Shown: positions 25,338 to 39,289 of the stretch, one piece after another
Numbering within the stretch: the first letter of the stretch is position 1
How the letters are laid out: every line of letters begins with the position of its first letter
Assembly (NCBI GenBank): GCA_002269645.1
Contig: NIVC01003773.1
Location: 13,533-77,532, forward strand
Length of the DNA: 64,000 bases
Source of the DNA: Macrostomum lignano
Taxonomy: Eukaryota
Reading direction: 5' to 3'
Translations under genes and position numbers: made by a program
The notes under the pieces: generated by a model
What the model was told of the DNA's origin: nothing
The model's input: the letters and a program-made list of their open reading frames with translations, nothing else
Database searches by the model: none

Positions 25338-28300
25338 TTACTGGCTCAGAGACATGGCTGCATGAGCCTCCTGTGCTTCGATCGCTGCCGCCTCCTTCTT
25401 TAGACGTTCGTCTTCGTTAATAAACAGAGAAAACATTTTTATAAATCTAGAGTACACTTTGTTCTCGTGAAAGTCAACCTTCGTTTGCTTCTTCTCGTTG
25501 CCGTAGAAGATTGAATGGCACACGATCGACGTGGCTTGGTCGCCGCCGCCGCCTCCTCCTCCGCCGCTGCCGCCGCCACCAGCACCGCCGTCGCGTCCTT
25601 CGCCGCCGCCAACGGCGCCAGAATCCTCGAATGCGCTTCTAAGAATTTTTTGACGTCGATGGAAGATTAGCATGACTTGCGGATGGCGGATTGTGGGGCG
25701 GATTTTAACAGCGGATTCTTAAAGGGGCGAATTTTGGAAGCGGATTCTTAGGGGGGGGGCGGATTGGGGAAGCAGATTTTTGGCCGGGCGGATTTTTGAG
25801 GCGGATTCTTAGGGGGCGGATTGAGGAAGCGGATTTTTAGGGGGCGGATTTTGGAAGCTGATTCTTAGGACGGGGGCGAAATTGAAAGCGGATTCTTAGG
25901 GGGCAGATTTTGGTAGCAGATTCTTAGTGGGCAGATTCTGGAAGCGGATTCTTAGGGGGCAGATTTTGGTAGCAGATTCTTAGTGGGCAGATTTTGGTAG
26001 CAGATTCTTAGTGGGCAGATTCTTAGGGGGCAGATTTTGGTAGCAGATTCTTAGTGGGCAGATTCTTAGGGGGCAGATTCTTAGGGGGCAGATTCTTAGG
26101 GGGCAGATTTTGGTAGCAGATTCTTAGTGGGCAGATTCTGGAAGCGGATTCTTAGGGGAGCGGATTTTGAAAGCGAATTCCTAGAATGGGGCCGAAATTG
26201 AAGCTTATTCTTAAGGGGGGCGGATTCAGAAGCGGATTCTTAGGGGGTAGATTGTGGAAGCGGATTTTTGGGGGGCGGATTTTGTCAAGTGGATTATGGA
26301 AGCGGATCCTAAGGGGCGGACTATGGAAGCGGATCCTAAGGGGCGGATTATGGAAGCGGATCCTAAGGGGCGGATTATGGAAGCGGATCCTAAGGGGCGG
26401 ATTATGGAAGCGGATCCTAAGGGGCGGATTATGGAAGCGGATCCTAAGGGGCGGATTATGGAAGCGGATCCTAAGGGGCGGATTATGGAAGCGGATCCTA
26501 AGGGGCGGATTATGTGGGTGTATCCAACTGACCTGTGATCATCCAGCTCTCCAATTGGTTGGCCCTTGAAATAAAATGTCCAAGTGCAAATTCCATTCTC
26601 CGGATTAGACGATTGTCCCCAAACGTCTTTAATAAATTTCACTTTGTCGGGAAATCTGACAGCTAACGATTCGAATAATTCGTTATTTTTTAATAACAAA
26701 TCAAACGAACTAGTTGTGTAAGAGTACTTGTTGTTGTGCCGGTTCATTGTTAATTTAACAACTGGCACCCCGCTGCGTACAATGGCATCAGCTTCGGCCT
26801 GAGTAGATTGATTAACCAAAATAATATTAGTGGACGCCTTTGGCGCCGACTGCCAGGACACTTCGCGCATTCTCAACGCGTACTCAACTTTGGTGATTAG
26901 ATTGCTAAGACAAAAATACTTTGCCTCGCGAAGTAGCTCGCGTAGCTCTTTCTGACTGTCCGGCAGTTCAGTGCTGCCATCGCGTAGGTAGTTCAGAATT
27001 ATGCCAAAATGCTTGCCATCTCTGTCGATCATCACCCAGCCTAGGATTGGAGTGGGAGAATACGGCATAAAAATGTGTGTTTTATTTGAACTATAAACAG
27101 CAAAACAGCAAAAAAGGCTACCAATACCTAATGCCTATACTGGGTTTTTTAAAGGTTGGAAACCCAGTTGCCAGCTGGCCCTTGGGGCTCAAAATCCAGT
27201 TTCCAATGACTATTTTTGGTTGCCCATTGGCAACTAGCCAAATTCTCAAGGATGGATATTTCCAAGGCTGCATTTGAAAAGCAGAAATTTGTTTTGTTAA
27301 CTCTAAGTCTAAGATTGCTATCTATGCTGCAAACAATAACAAACTAACAATTCCATCATATCGATTTATATGGCACTTTTATTACATTTACAAAATCATT
27401 TTTTTAAAATTGGCAACTGGCACAGGGAAAATAAAGTTGCCAGATTGGCCTCTGATGCCAAAATCCAGTTGCAAATAAGATTTTCAAGGGGCCAAAAAAT
27501 CCTATATTGCCCATGTGACATTGTGGTGTTATGCTAGTATATTCCTAGTTATTATTCTTAGTGCATTCTTAGTTAGTATTTGTGAGTGCACTGATTGGCT
27601 AGTGTGTTTCAGTGCATGTTCACTGTACCAAGTTGTTTGTTTGCATTTCACGCGTGGCTAGCATGGTGGGGTCTGTGCAATCAGGTCAACCACCCTTTCT
27701 TTAGTCCTAGGGTAAATAAGCGTGTCTTGTAAAGAGCCCAGTTTTATGATCTGGCTCTACATTTTTCTACACACTCAACTCAATTACAAGCCTTTAGCTT
27801 CAAAAACCCAAAAACCCAGTGCTTATATATCTATATATATATAAAAATAATTACTGATTTAATAGTATTCTGCTAACTATATGCAGTTAAAAATTACATG
27901 TAAAAGAAAAGAATGGATTGCTATCCCATGGATTCTGAAGCAACAAAATGGATTGCTAATCTTTCCAAATGCAAACAACAAAAATGGTAAAAGAATTCCT
28001 ATTTTAATAAGATTACTATTGTTTTTAGCAATCATGCTTGGGCATAACCTAGAGATTCACCTGGCCATTTCTATTAGCAATCACACACATGTAAGTTGCT
28101 ATTAGTCAGAATACTAGTCATGTGACTGCTCTCGGCCAATAGTGACTTACATGTGTGTTGCCAATAAAAAAAAACAACATGATTCCTAAGGTTGTGCATG
28201 TATGTTAGCAATAAAGTAATTGACACCAAAAATATAAAAAACTTAGCAGTTTACTTTTAATTAATATTTGGGTAGGTTCAATACAAAAGGATTGTTTTAA

Positions 28301-30258
28301 AAAACTAAATTAGTTATAAAAAGTTTACAAATGACAAGAAATTTTTCATATGATTCAATTTTTTTATTATTGATACTGAACTACTAATTGAGTTTAGAAA
28401 TAGTAAAACATATATTAAAAATATATTATTATTCTAATCTAAAATCCATTTTTTATTCAAAAAATAAAAATGCTAGTATTAAATGATAGCTCTTACATTA
28501 AAAAAATGAAGGAGTATTTGAACAAACCTTTAGCTTAGAAATAGAATAGGATATTCCAACAAAATGAGAAATAAAGCCTTTTAGATTTTTTGCTTTACCA
28601 AGTATAAGGAAATTATAAAAATAGTTTATAAATATTTGATGAAGAATCATAGACAAAGAAAACTTCTTTACTTTGATTAACAACTTATAACTTTAGAACC
28701 TAAGTTTCAGATATTTATTAAATGCAAAACAAGAACTATAGGCCCTAGCCATGAATTATAATAAGCTAGGCCTAGAATTGGCTCCCCAATGGGAGGTGCT
28801 GATTGCTAGTAAGAATCTATAATTATATATCTATTTACTAAAAAGGTAAATTAAAATGGCCTATGCTTATCCAAACTAGTATGACGACCAAGTACCATGA
28901 TTAGGCTATAAGGCCCTTATATATTAAGTCTTATAATTATTTAACTTTCTTATTATTTATCCATATTTGCTTTTTTCTATGTATATAAAGCAATACATAC
29001 ATTATATATAATTCAATTCTACTTTGCATAAATATAACAAGCATTGCCTTATAGGCTTATAGCATATAGGGCCTTCAATTATTTTTGCATGGCTCATATA
29101 TATTATTTAAATACTTATTTCACTTTACTGTTTTCAAACTCAAAGCAATATTAATATTAGCATTGAAAGTTGCTAGGATAGGCTTAAAACTATATTAATA
29201 ATAAAAGTAGGCCTAATTTGACCATAACTATATTTGTATATAATTAGCAATAAATAGGCCTAACTTATTAGATTTTCATAAATAAGTGTATTACTTTCTT
29301 CTTTTTTCAGTTAATTTTGTTTGCAAATAGAAACTGAAAGGTAAACAAAGTAAAAAATGCTCACTTAGCTATTTTAAAGCCAAATAGGAGGCAGATAAAT
29401 TTGTAGCAGATAAATTAATTAGACACTTATTAAACCTACCCAAAGAAAAAAGATTTAGAATAGGGCCTAGTAATCTATGGCTAAACCAAAATATAAATAC
29501 TATTTACTAGATTGGAAAATGTAAAATAAATGCCAAAGCAAAAGCAAAAGTAAGCCTAATACAAGGCAATGAATGGATAAATTTATATACTTAAATTATA
29601 AATTACTTGTCTTGACTTAATACTTTTTAATAATAAGGTTATATAATGATAATTTTACAAATTGTTTGAATAATTTTTTATAGATTAGACATAGGTCCAA
29701 GACCAAAGAACCATCTTACAAATAAATTTATATAATAGGCCTAGTAGTTAGTTACATTAACCCTATAATTTATCTCTCATAAATGTACAATTTAGATGAT
29801 TATAACACTTAAAGTTACATTAGTATTGGAAGTTTTTTGATAATATTATTTTCTATATTGAACTCATTTTGCTTCACTTTAATAAGTTTAATCCAATAAT
29901 TAAATAAAGCAAAATTATTCATTATTTTAATAAAAAATGTGATACACTCATTTAGAAACATCCTAGCCATAGGCATAGGGCCTATACTTTTCTTACCTTC
30001 AGAATCAGTGAAGATATTCATTCGGCCACTAAACATTGCACTAAGCATGCTTTCTTGTTTCAGCAAAGTGGCGACTGAGGTATAATACTTATAACCTCCA
30101 ACATTCAGCTTGACGTACTGGCATTGTAGAGTAGAAGCAGCAGCATCTGGCTTTGCTTTGTGAAGAACAACAAGTTCGCCTGTCTGCCCCTTTGGAGTGA
30201 TAGAAAGAGGTTTGTCAGGATCATTTACACAGATATCCCTTATAATGTCTTTTGACAT
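25338..30258 (-). CDS. KCTD10: BTB/POZ Cullin-3 adaptor of the KCTD10/KCTD13/TNFAIP1 (BACURD) family, about 356 aa. Exons 30258-29997, 27040-26533, 25638-25338
   Basis: YVKLNVGGYKYYTSVATL...MLSAMFSGRM...TDSEG|WVMIDRDGKHFGIILNYLRDG is the KCTD BTB domain. NRHNNKYSYTTSSFDLLLKNNELF and SIFYGNEKKQTKVDF match the KCTD10/13 C-terminal domain. Intron phases 1 and 2 are consistent. The symbol is family-level. Confidence 0.88.
25685..26512. repeat. Composite GCGGATT-core array ending in near-perfect 27-bp copies GCGGATCCTAAGGGGCGGATTATGGAA; KCTD intron
   Basis: Degenerate 13-14/27-bp units at 25685-26290 and about 8 perfect 27-mers at 26295-26512. Confidence 0.9.
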
Positions 30259-32340
30259 GACGACCACTAAGTTTCGAGCTTAATGGTGTTAATTTGAACA
30301 CTCAAGCGCTGCCGCTGCTGTTGTTTGGAACAGAAGTATTCAAGTTTTTTCGTATTCGTCTAAAGTTTTTAATTGATTCAATTAAGTTTTCTTAAAATAT
30401 AATAAGAAAAGGCAGAAGTCTTAACATTAACTTATGGAGAATTTGGCAGCCAGTCTGTAAAGTTCTATCAGAATTCAGGGTTCGTTTTGCTGGTTTTGGT
30501 TTAGGCATAATTTAAGGAACTGATCCTTTACAGGAAATATTTACTTTAAAAATAGAACAACATGCTGATTTATTTAAACAAGTTCGTTAGCTGTAAATAG
30601 CTTAAAACAGAATATTAAATCGTTTTTATGGTAAAAACAATATTTTTATTTTTATTTTATAGCAGCATGGAGTAACGTTTGATAAATAGTAACTTAATAT
30701 GTGTTATCTGTCATCTTTCCATGATAGAAGCCGTTATCCGATTTCAGACCGACTAGCTTGATTGCCCCCCCCCCCGTAAATTTTCGCGATTAGTGTTTTT
30801 GTAATTATATGCGTATTTGAGCATCTGTCGGGCGTAAAGACGTGTTTGTAGACGTCTTTGTTTACAGAGCATTTTACGTGCATGATTTGGCGATTAAATT
30901 GCCGACTTACATGTACAAGTGTAAGCTATATATTTAATCTGTAGTCACCTTCTGGTGACCTTTGCATTTAGTATGCAAAGTATCGCTTAAGTATAAACAA
31001 TGTCATTCAAGAAACTTCCGCGTAAATAGCACTTTTATATTAGCCAAGTTTAACTCCCGCGCACATGCTACCAGAATTCTACATGTTCCGCAAAACAAGC
31101 TATATATATATACGCTAGGCACTCAACTAGAAATCAAGTCGCTTTTCCTCCTTTGGCTTTGCTCCTCTTACTTAGTGCTCTTAAACGAACATCTTTAAAC
31201 GAACCAACGCCTTCACGCCTCTATATTTAAACTCGCTATAAACCCAATCAAGTAATTGGAAGTATGATATATAATGTCTTAGCGTACTTGAATTGGACCG
31301 ACGTAAAGTTTACATGTAAATCATGTAACTTCTATAATTTAACTTCATTACAACATGTAACAGCAAAGAATTCGGTTCTTATTTAAAGACCCATTGATGC
31401 ACAATTCAAATTGTATATAGAAAGTAAGTCTAAATTTTTTAAGTCGAAAGGTTTTGCTGTTTCTAAAGTCGGATTTGTAAGCCAGTATACTCGTACGTAC
31501 ATGTCCGCGTCCATCATGTACATACACACAAAAATTTCCCTGACACAAAATTCAATTTTAATTTCCGTAATTTAATCGCAAAGACACGGCACTTGAAAGC
31601 GAATGTGAAACAAAAAAACGCCAACTGAAATCATTCGTGCCAGAATATACAACAGGATTTGCTGTCTGAACACATGAAAATTATTTTAGATTTAGAGGAA
31701 CTGAAACTCAATTTGATATAATTCGCTCCATATGGAGCTATTAGACAGTTTAAGTATTTAATAAAACAGATATTCTTACCAAAGTCAGTTAATGCAAGTC
31801 ATTACTTGTATTTGTAGATAATAACATTCATCACGATTCACGACTTCGATTATGGAATAATAAATAAGAAAAATAAGTCAATAAAACATTTTGTGTAAAA
31901 ATTGTGCAGTTAATAGAATGATAGAAACTTTGGTTGAAAATACGATCGAATAATTCGCATGGACGGATTGACAATAAAAATAGAGAAAAAGGAAACTTAT
32001 AATAATATCACATAATAAGACAGAAAATAATTAAGGCACAAGTTTCATTCCTACTATAAGTAGCTAACTTTCATTAAAAATTTTTTTTACATATTTTGAA
32101 AAGTAATTTTAGCTGCATCAGACAAAATAATGTTTTATTCGGGATCAAGTTTGTTAGCTACAGCAGTCCGCTGCTCACTACTGTATGATATTACTATTAG
32201 TAGAAGACGCTGATATGTATCGAAAAAATCGTTTGTAACAGTAGGTTCAAAGGATAGCAGATCAAATGTCATACTAAAAAAACACGAGCTCCGCTCCGGT
32301 CAAAAGAAAACGAAACAAAAATGTTCGGATTTAAAATTTA

Positions 32341-35300
32341 TCACACGGCGCCGTTTCCATTCGGCGCCAAAATTCGCTCCAACATAGCGTCCTCGGCCGG
32401 CGACACAAACGGATTCGGCAGATCGCTAGTGATGCTGGCTTCACGACGCTCCTGCGAGCTTGTCCGAGTTCGAGTCCGAGCTGACGATGCGCGAGCTGAC
32501 GAAAAGTTCGGCGCCGTGGATGGCGCCACCGCTAGGGCTGGTACAGCAGTGCGAGGCCGGGCCAAACCCAGTCCAGTGTCCGTGCGACGCTGCTTCAACT
32601 CGGTGGCCGTCTGAATTCTACGACGGGCCAGCTGGGGCACCAGGGCGGACATCTGCGGATCGGCCGCAGCGGCGGCTTCCCGACGTTGACGCTCCGCATC
32701 GAGCTCCCGACGGCGCCTGGCGGCCAATTGCTCAGATTTGCGCTGGGACCAGTCATCGAAGCTCAGTCGGACCTTGAGTTTATTGTGAAATTGTTTAAGT
32801 TTGAGGCGATTTTTTCGAATTCCTAGCTGAATGCTTCATTCGGAATTCCCCCCTCTTACAACTGTTTGACTGGGAATTCCCCATCTTCCCGATGTTTGAT
32901 TGGGAATTCCCTTCTTCTCAATGCTTGACTATGAATTCCCCATCTTTCCCGAGTTTAATTGAGAATTCCACATCTTTCCAGAGTTTGATTGGGAATTTCC
33001 CGTCTCCCCAATGTTTGATTGCGAATTCCCCATCTCCCCAATGTTTGATCGGGAATTCCCCATATTTTCAATTTTTTATTGGGAATTCCCTATCTTTCTA
33101 GAGTTTGTTTGGAAATCCCTCATCTTCCCAAAGTTTGATTGGGATCCCGCATCTCCCCAATGTTTGATTGGGAATTCCCCATCTTCAAGATGTTCAATTG
33201 AGAATTGCCCTTTTTGCAATATTTGATTGGAAATTCCCCTCTTCCCAATGTTAGATAGGGAATTTTCCATCTTCTCTATGTATGATTGGGAATTCCCAGC
33301 CTTCATTGGGAAATTGGCCAGGTGGGTTGCCGTGCAATTCACAGCCACGAAGGCCAACCCCCAAGGCACAGAGTGTACATGCGTCGCGATTAGAAAGTCT
33401 GGGCCGCTGTACACCCTGTGTGAGCGTGTCTATGAGTGCGTGCCTGCGTACAGTATTGCCTCAACGCTGGTTAAGGGACGATGTCAGAGTGGCCGGCCGC
33501 AACACGGTTGGCTGCTCACCTCAAACTGCTGCTGCTGCTCAATAGCCAGCTGTTCGCCGCGATGAACAAGCGGACCAGTTTCTGATTTAACAAGCGGCTG
33601 TCCAATAATACCCATTCGAACCTGCCTGCCAGAGAAGCTGGCCCCAGCCGTGCCCAAGATAGCTGGCGATCGTTTAAACACGGAATTGTGCACCGGCTTG
33701 GCGCTGCCAGGGGGCCGGTGACCCCCCTGACGGGGCCGATTCTCCAGGGCTGCGAATGCGGCCTCCTGATCCGATAGTGGCAACGGCTGCAGAGAGTTGG
33801 CGAAAACGCTTTTGTCATAGGAACCGTATATGATAGGGGAGGTGGCGCCAGATAAACTACATGATAGGGGAGGTGGCGCCAGATAAACTACATGATAGGG
33901 GAAGTGGCGCCAGATAAACTACATGATAGGGGAAGTGGCGCCAGATAAACTACATGATAGGGGAAGTGGCGTCAGATAAACTACATGATAGAGGAGGTGG
34001 CGCCAGATAAACTACATGATAGAGGAGGTGGCGCCAGATAAACTACATGATAGGGGAAGTGGCGCCAGATAAACTACATGATAGGGGAGGTGGCGCCAGA
34101 TAAACTACATGATAGAGGAGGTGGCGCCAGATAAACTACATGATAGAGGAGGTGGCGCCAGATAAACTACATGATAGAGGAGGTGGCGCCAGATAAACTA
34201 CATGATAGAGGAGGTGGCGCCAGATAAACTACATGATAGAGGAGGTGGTGCCAGATAAACTATATGATAGGGGAGGTGGCGCCAGATAAACTACATGATA
34301 GGGGAGGTGGCGCCAGATAAACTACATGATAGGGGAGGTGGCGCCAGATAAACTACATGATAGGGGAGGTGGCGCCAGGTAACTACATGATAGGAGAGGT
34401 GGCACCAGATAAACTACATGATAGGGGAAGTGGCGCCAGATAAACTACATGATAGGGGAAGTGGCGTCAGATAAACTACATGATAGAGGAGGTGGCGCCA
34501 GATAAACTACATGATAGAGGAGGTGGCGCCAGATAAACTACATGATAGGGGAGGTGGCGCCAGATAAACTACATGATAGGGGAGGTGGCGCCAGATAAAC
34601 TACATGATAGGGGAGGTGGCGCCAGATAAACTACATGATAGGGGAGGTGGCGCCAGATAAACTACATGATAGGGGAGGTGGCGCCAGATAAACTACATGA
34701 TAGGGGAGGTGGCGCCAGATAAACTACATGATAGGGGAGGTGGCGCCAGATAAACTACATGATAGGGGAAGTGGCGCCAGATAAACTACATGATAGGGGA
34801 AGTGGCGCCAGATAAACTACATGATAGGGGAAGTGGCGCCAGATAAACTACATGATAGGGGAAGTGGCGTCAGATAAACTACATGATAGAGGAGGTGGCG
34901 CCAGATAAACTACATGATAGAGGAGGTGGCGCCAGATAAACTACATGATAGGGGAAGTGGCGCCAGATAAACTACATGATAGGGGAGGTGGCGCCAGATA
35001 AACTACATGATAGAGGAGGTGGCGCCAGATAAACTACATGATAGAGGAGGTGGTGCCAGATAAACTACATGATAGAGGAGGTGGCGCCAGATAAACTACA
35101 TGATAGAGGAGGTGGCGCCAGATAAACTACATGATAGAGGAGGTGGCGCCAGATAAACTACATGATAGAGGAGGTGGCGCCAGATAAACTACATGATAGA
35201 GGAGGTGGCGCCAGATAAACTGGCGACTCAAACACTTCAGGCGGCATTAAACTAACTCCAGTCAGCACAAAATCTCACCTCTTGCACGGTTGACTGTCGC

Positions 35301-38006
35301 TGAGATGCAGCAATATTATTGTTATTGGCAGACATTCCATCCTTATCAGTTGATTTAGCCAATGTGTTAGCCTTCTTTTTCGACCAATATTGAAACGCCT
35401 TCTCTGCGTCTACTTTGCGCTCAGTTTGGCGTTGTTGCGCGTCTAATCGAGCCTGAATTTCGCGTCGTTTCGCTTCGCGCGCCTCCCGACGTTGCCGACG
35501 TTCGGCGCGATTTTTCTCGCGCAACCAAGCGCGCACGTCGGGATTATTAGATTCGGATAATTTATGATCGGAACCAAATCGGCCAGCCATGCGCTGCGGT
35601 GCGCCAACTCGATATCCGTGTAATTGTTGTTGTTGCTGCTGCTGCAGCTGGTCTTGCTCTCGATCATTCTCATCTGCTTCGGGCGCATCTTGCTCAGCTG
35701 ATTGCGAATGCTCCTCCTCATTCGTTTGAACCACCTGAGGTGCGGAATGAATAACAACACACTATAATTTAAGAAGTGATTGATTGTTGCAGGAACTACT
35801 CGTAGTTCACTCAGAAAACTAGTACAACTATCTATAAATCACAACCTCGAAAACTCCATCCTTTATTTAAAATCCATTTATAAGAAGATCAGGCTCTGTG
35901 ATTTGTTTCAGTTATTAACAGTCAGGGGCTGTGTGCACCCTGGTGCACTTTAAGCGACATTGCCACACAACCGGTGAGAGGCATCACTGCCCCCATTCCG
36001 CCGACTCCCCTGAGCAGGCACACAAGCGCGCGGATACGTACGCAGTCATACGTACAGGCACACACTCACACAGGAGTGTACAGCGGCCCTAACTTTATTT
36101 ATCGTTAGGCATGTACACTTCATTATGCCTTGGGGGTTGGCCCTCAAGCTGGGCGTTAATTGCACGAGCAGAGCCAAGCCGAGATTCCAATTCAGTCCCA
36201 AATTAATGTGACTGCACTTGGAATCGAGCCTGGGCCGCTGGCACATTAGAGCGCCGCTCCAGACTTACTGGGTTACGGCACCACTATCTACGGCCACGAG
36301 ATACTTTTGAATTGTCCTAATTTCAACTCGCTGGCATTGTACGATTTCAATCTTATGATAAAAGAAAATTGCAAGGATTTCAACATTAGGCGTTTTATAT
36401 CCGACTTTTTTAAGAATTGTAGTAGCGATAGTTTGTCTTTCGAATCCAAACCGATAATGAAAAGAAATAAAACAACAATAACCTCTTCAGGCAGTTCATT
36501 CTCCTGTTCAGATTCTTGCTTTTCTTGCGCCGATTCTAGAAATACAGTTCGCGCTTCTACATCACGACGCTCATTAGTAGCTTGTCGATGTCGATGCGGT
36601 CTCGGATGAGATTGACTCTGACTATCCAGTTCTGGAGCAACTCTACCACCCAGTGGGTGACTTCTCTTTATAGACGTTGCCGACTCTTTGTCTCGTCCGT
36701 CGTGAAACTCTACCCGAGGATGTCGAGCCTGACCGCTACTAATACCGAGCTGATTCTGTTCCGTCTGCTCACTCTGCTCAGTCACGTGACCCATAATTCT
36801 AGCCGTGGATGCGTAGTTCTGCCAAGCCTGCCGGCATTCGGCTACGCTGCGTTGATAAGCCAATCGAGCCTCGTTGGCATAGTCTCTGGCTAGTAAGCTG
36901 TCAATCTCGCTCAGGCGTTGCGCCATTTTTTCGTCGTTACTGATTGGACGATACTTTTGGCGCAACTGTTTAGCTGACATGGACGGGGCGCGTGAGCCGC
37001 GACTGCCGCCGCCAAGAGAGCCGATTGTTGTCGCCGAAGTTGAGCGATCGCTAGCCAATGGCGGCTGCTGCTGCTGCTGTTGTTGATGTGGCTGCGGCGG
37101 CCTAGAACACGAATTAATTGAAGCGCGAGACCAAGGAGCCACGGGACCTAACGGCTTCTGTTGCTTTTTCTTCTTTTTCAATGACTGCTTCTTTTTTCGC
37201 TTCTTCTCTTTAGGTTCAACTGGAGACGTTTCGGGCTCATTGGCGGTCACCTGTTGCTCTGAATCATTGACAGACTGCTCAAGTTCAGCCTTACCAACAG
37301 ATTCGCAATCTGCAGCTGCTACTTCGTCTACAATCTGATTTTCATTAGTGCATTCATCGTTAGGATTCTCCTGAATTGGATTGGCACAACTACTAACAGT
37401 AGGCTCTGGTTCACCAGGCTCATTATTATTATCGTCAACATCGGACGCTTCATCTTCAGCTTCCTCTGGGATGACATCGTCGCTAATTGAATCGTCATGC
37501 AAAATAGCTTTTAATAAATCCATGTCCGTTCGGGATCCGTTAGACACAGAGGCTGGACGTTTTGACTCTTTAATGTAAACCTGACCGGATGTTTCTTCAT
37601 CCTTGACTTCGTCATACTTGACATCATCATCATCCTTGACCTTATCATCCTTGACTTCGTCATCCTTGACTTCTTCATCCTTGACTTCGTCATCCTTGAC
37701 TTCGTCATCCTTGACTTCGTCATCCTCGACTTCGTCATCCTCGACTTCGTCATCCTTGAATTCATCATTGAGTTCATCACCATTTTTGACTTCGTCATCC
37801 TTGACTTCATCCTTTACTCCATTATCATCCTTGACTTCTTGGACTTGTTCACGATCAGACTGCTCTTCAAGTTCCTCAGGAATGCAGCCAATATTATCGC
37901 CAGTTGATGCTGGAGAAGAAGCTCTGCTCCTGTCAGAAGAGCTGTCTGATCTTTGAGATGCTTCGTTTAATAAATCAGGATCGATCAAAGCATTTTTGTA
38001 AGACAT
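32341..38006 (-). CDS. Low-complexity acidic/coiled-coil protein, about 890 aa, with CCDC181/CCDC34/MAP9-like motifs. Exons 38006-36483, 35734-35279, 33786-33520, 32772-32341
   Basis: Four long ORF segments join through three phase-0 GT-AG introns (exon lengths 1524, 456, 267 and 432 nt, all multiples of 3). Charged helices carry recurring aromatic-W-basic motifs: VRAWLREKN, AEKAFQYWSKKK and SFDDWSQRKSE. The first donor (GTTATT) is weak and the family call is tentative. Confidence 0.65.
32860..33310. repeat. Degenerate 30-bp minisatellite GGGAATTCCCCATCTCCCCAATGTTTGATT, intron
   Basis: Unit starts at 32872 and 32902; about 15 diverged copies. Confidence 0.85.
33331..33458 (+). mobile_element. 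Partial copy of the same SINE-like body
   Basis: GGCCAACCCCCAAGGCACAGAGTGTACATGC...GGGCCGCTGTACACCCTGTGTGAGCGTGT...CCTGCGTACAGTATTG is the reverse complement of the 5749-5900 copy. Confidence 0.6.
33830..35220. repeat. 31-bp minisatellite GATAGRGGAGGTGGCGCCAGATAAACTACAT filling an intron
   Basis: About 45 near-perfect head-to-tail copies with no spacers. Confidence 0.97.
35915..36296 (-). mobile_element. tRNA-derived SINE-like element, most complete copy, in intron of the coiled-coil gene
   Basis: The minus strand has a tRNA-like head with a B-box-like GGCTCGATTCC (36230-36220), followed by a body (GGCCAACCCCCAAGGCA...GGGCCGCTGTACAC...GTGTGAG) also found at 5749-5900 and 33331-33458. The 3' boundary is approximate. 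Confidence 0.55.
37590..37835 (-). repeat. Coding 15-bp repeat encoding (DDEVK)n
   Basis: TCCTTGACTTCGTCA units inside the 38006-36483 exon. Confidence 0.85.
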
Positions 38007-39289
38007 ATTCTGCTCGCCAAAGTTCCGGCTAGCATGCAAAAAAGAAGAAAAAAACAGATGTGAACTGACTTTTTCGCCTACTTATAAGTAGAAACCTACG
38101 GGTTTTATATGCTCGAACTTGGAAAAATTCTTAATGATCAGTCTATACTACTTATTATTATCGACAGTAACTAAATAGGTAAATAATAAGGCACGAAGGC
38201 GAAACGCATTTAAAGCACAAAAAAGAAAGAACAGCAATACAAGTACGATGTAGAATTTATTCAAAGCGGTTCCGCCTTCTTATCGGTAAACTTCTTTATA
38301 GAATTAATCTAAGGTATTACAGTAACAGACTTGGGATGCCAGAGATACTGGCCATTTATATTTATACTTTTATCAAACGAGTTTTAATTAGCAACAATTA
38401 ATAATCATTAAAAAGCACAAAATATTCGCAAATGTAATGTTTGTTTCCGATATCTATTTATAAATAAAGACAGTATGTAAGCAGCGACAGAGTGCTTAGA
38501 GTGCGTCAGATTTAAAATCTTATTAAGCAATAATAATGATAGTGTTTAAATCAAGTTTTAATATTATGTATACTACAACATAGTACAAAATTTATTTATA
38601 AAATACAAAATACAAACTGCTTAAAAATTGCAATAACGAATTCGCCTCATAGTACGTGTGCTAATTTAAAGAAATGACAAAATGCACATACAATGTACAA
38701 ACGAATAATTAATATAAACATTTTTTATGAATACTTCGATTGCTAAAACGTCACTTACTGGTTAGTGTCAAAAATATTCAAATTATTGTATTAGTTAGTT
38801 TTATTTATTTACAAAACAGAGAGAACCTGTCGACTGTGGTACAGTTTTAGTCGATCTAATTATCTATATATCAGCAAAGACGCGAAAAAATGAGTGAAAA
38901 ATAACAAATCAGAGAAAGAAACACAAAACTCGTTTTAAACTGTCAAATAATAGGATATGTACCTGTAATTAGCAAACTTTGACAGTAAAATTTTATCACT
39001 AGAATACGTTTAAAAAATCAGACAGACTGCTAGTAGGACTTACAAAGTACACGGTGACCTTTAACTACAGGATTTTTTAAGAAATCCTTTAAAAGACGCC
39101 GGCTTGTTTATTGCCTATTAAGAAATCTTCTCATTTTGAATAAACAACAAAAAGCGAGAAATCTGCAATTTTGTTAGTTATACTTCTTTATAAACAAAAT
39201 GCATGTAACAAATATTTATACACATTTATATACTACTATAAATAAACAGTTGTTTCATCTAGGGGTTGGCAACCGTTTTTAACTCTAAG

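Noticed and set aside
25685-26250. TTAGGG hexamers suggesting interstitial telomere
   Set aside because: The hexamers are single occurrences inside a longer monomer and are never tandem.
32860-33310. NF-kB-like GGGAATTCCC palindromes in each unit
   Set aside because: The motif is degenerate in many units and the array is intronic; there is no evidence of function.
33830-35220. 31-bp direct repeats resembling a CRISPR array
   Set aside because: Units are head-to-tail with no unique spacers, there are no cas genes, and the array lies in a eukaryotic intron.
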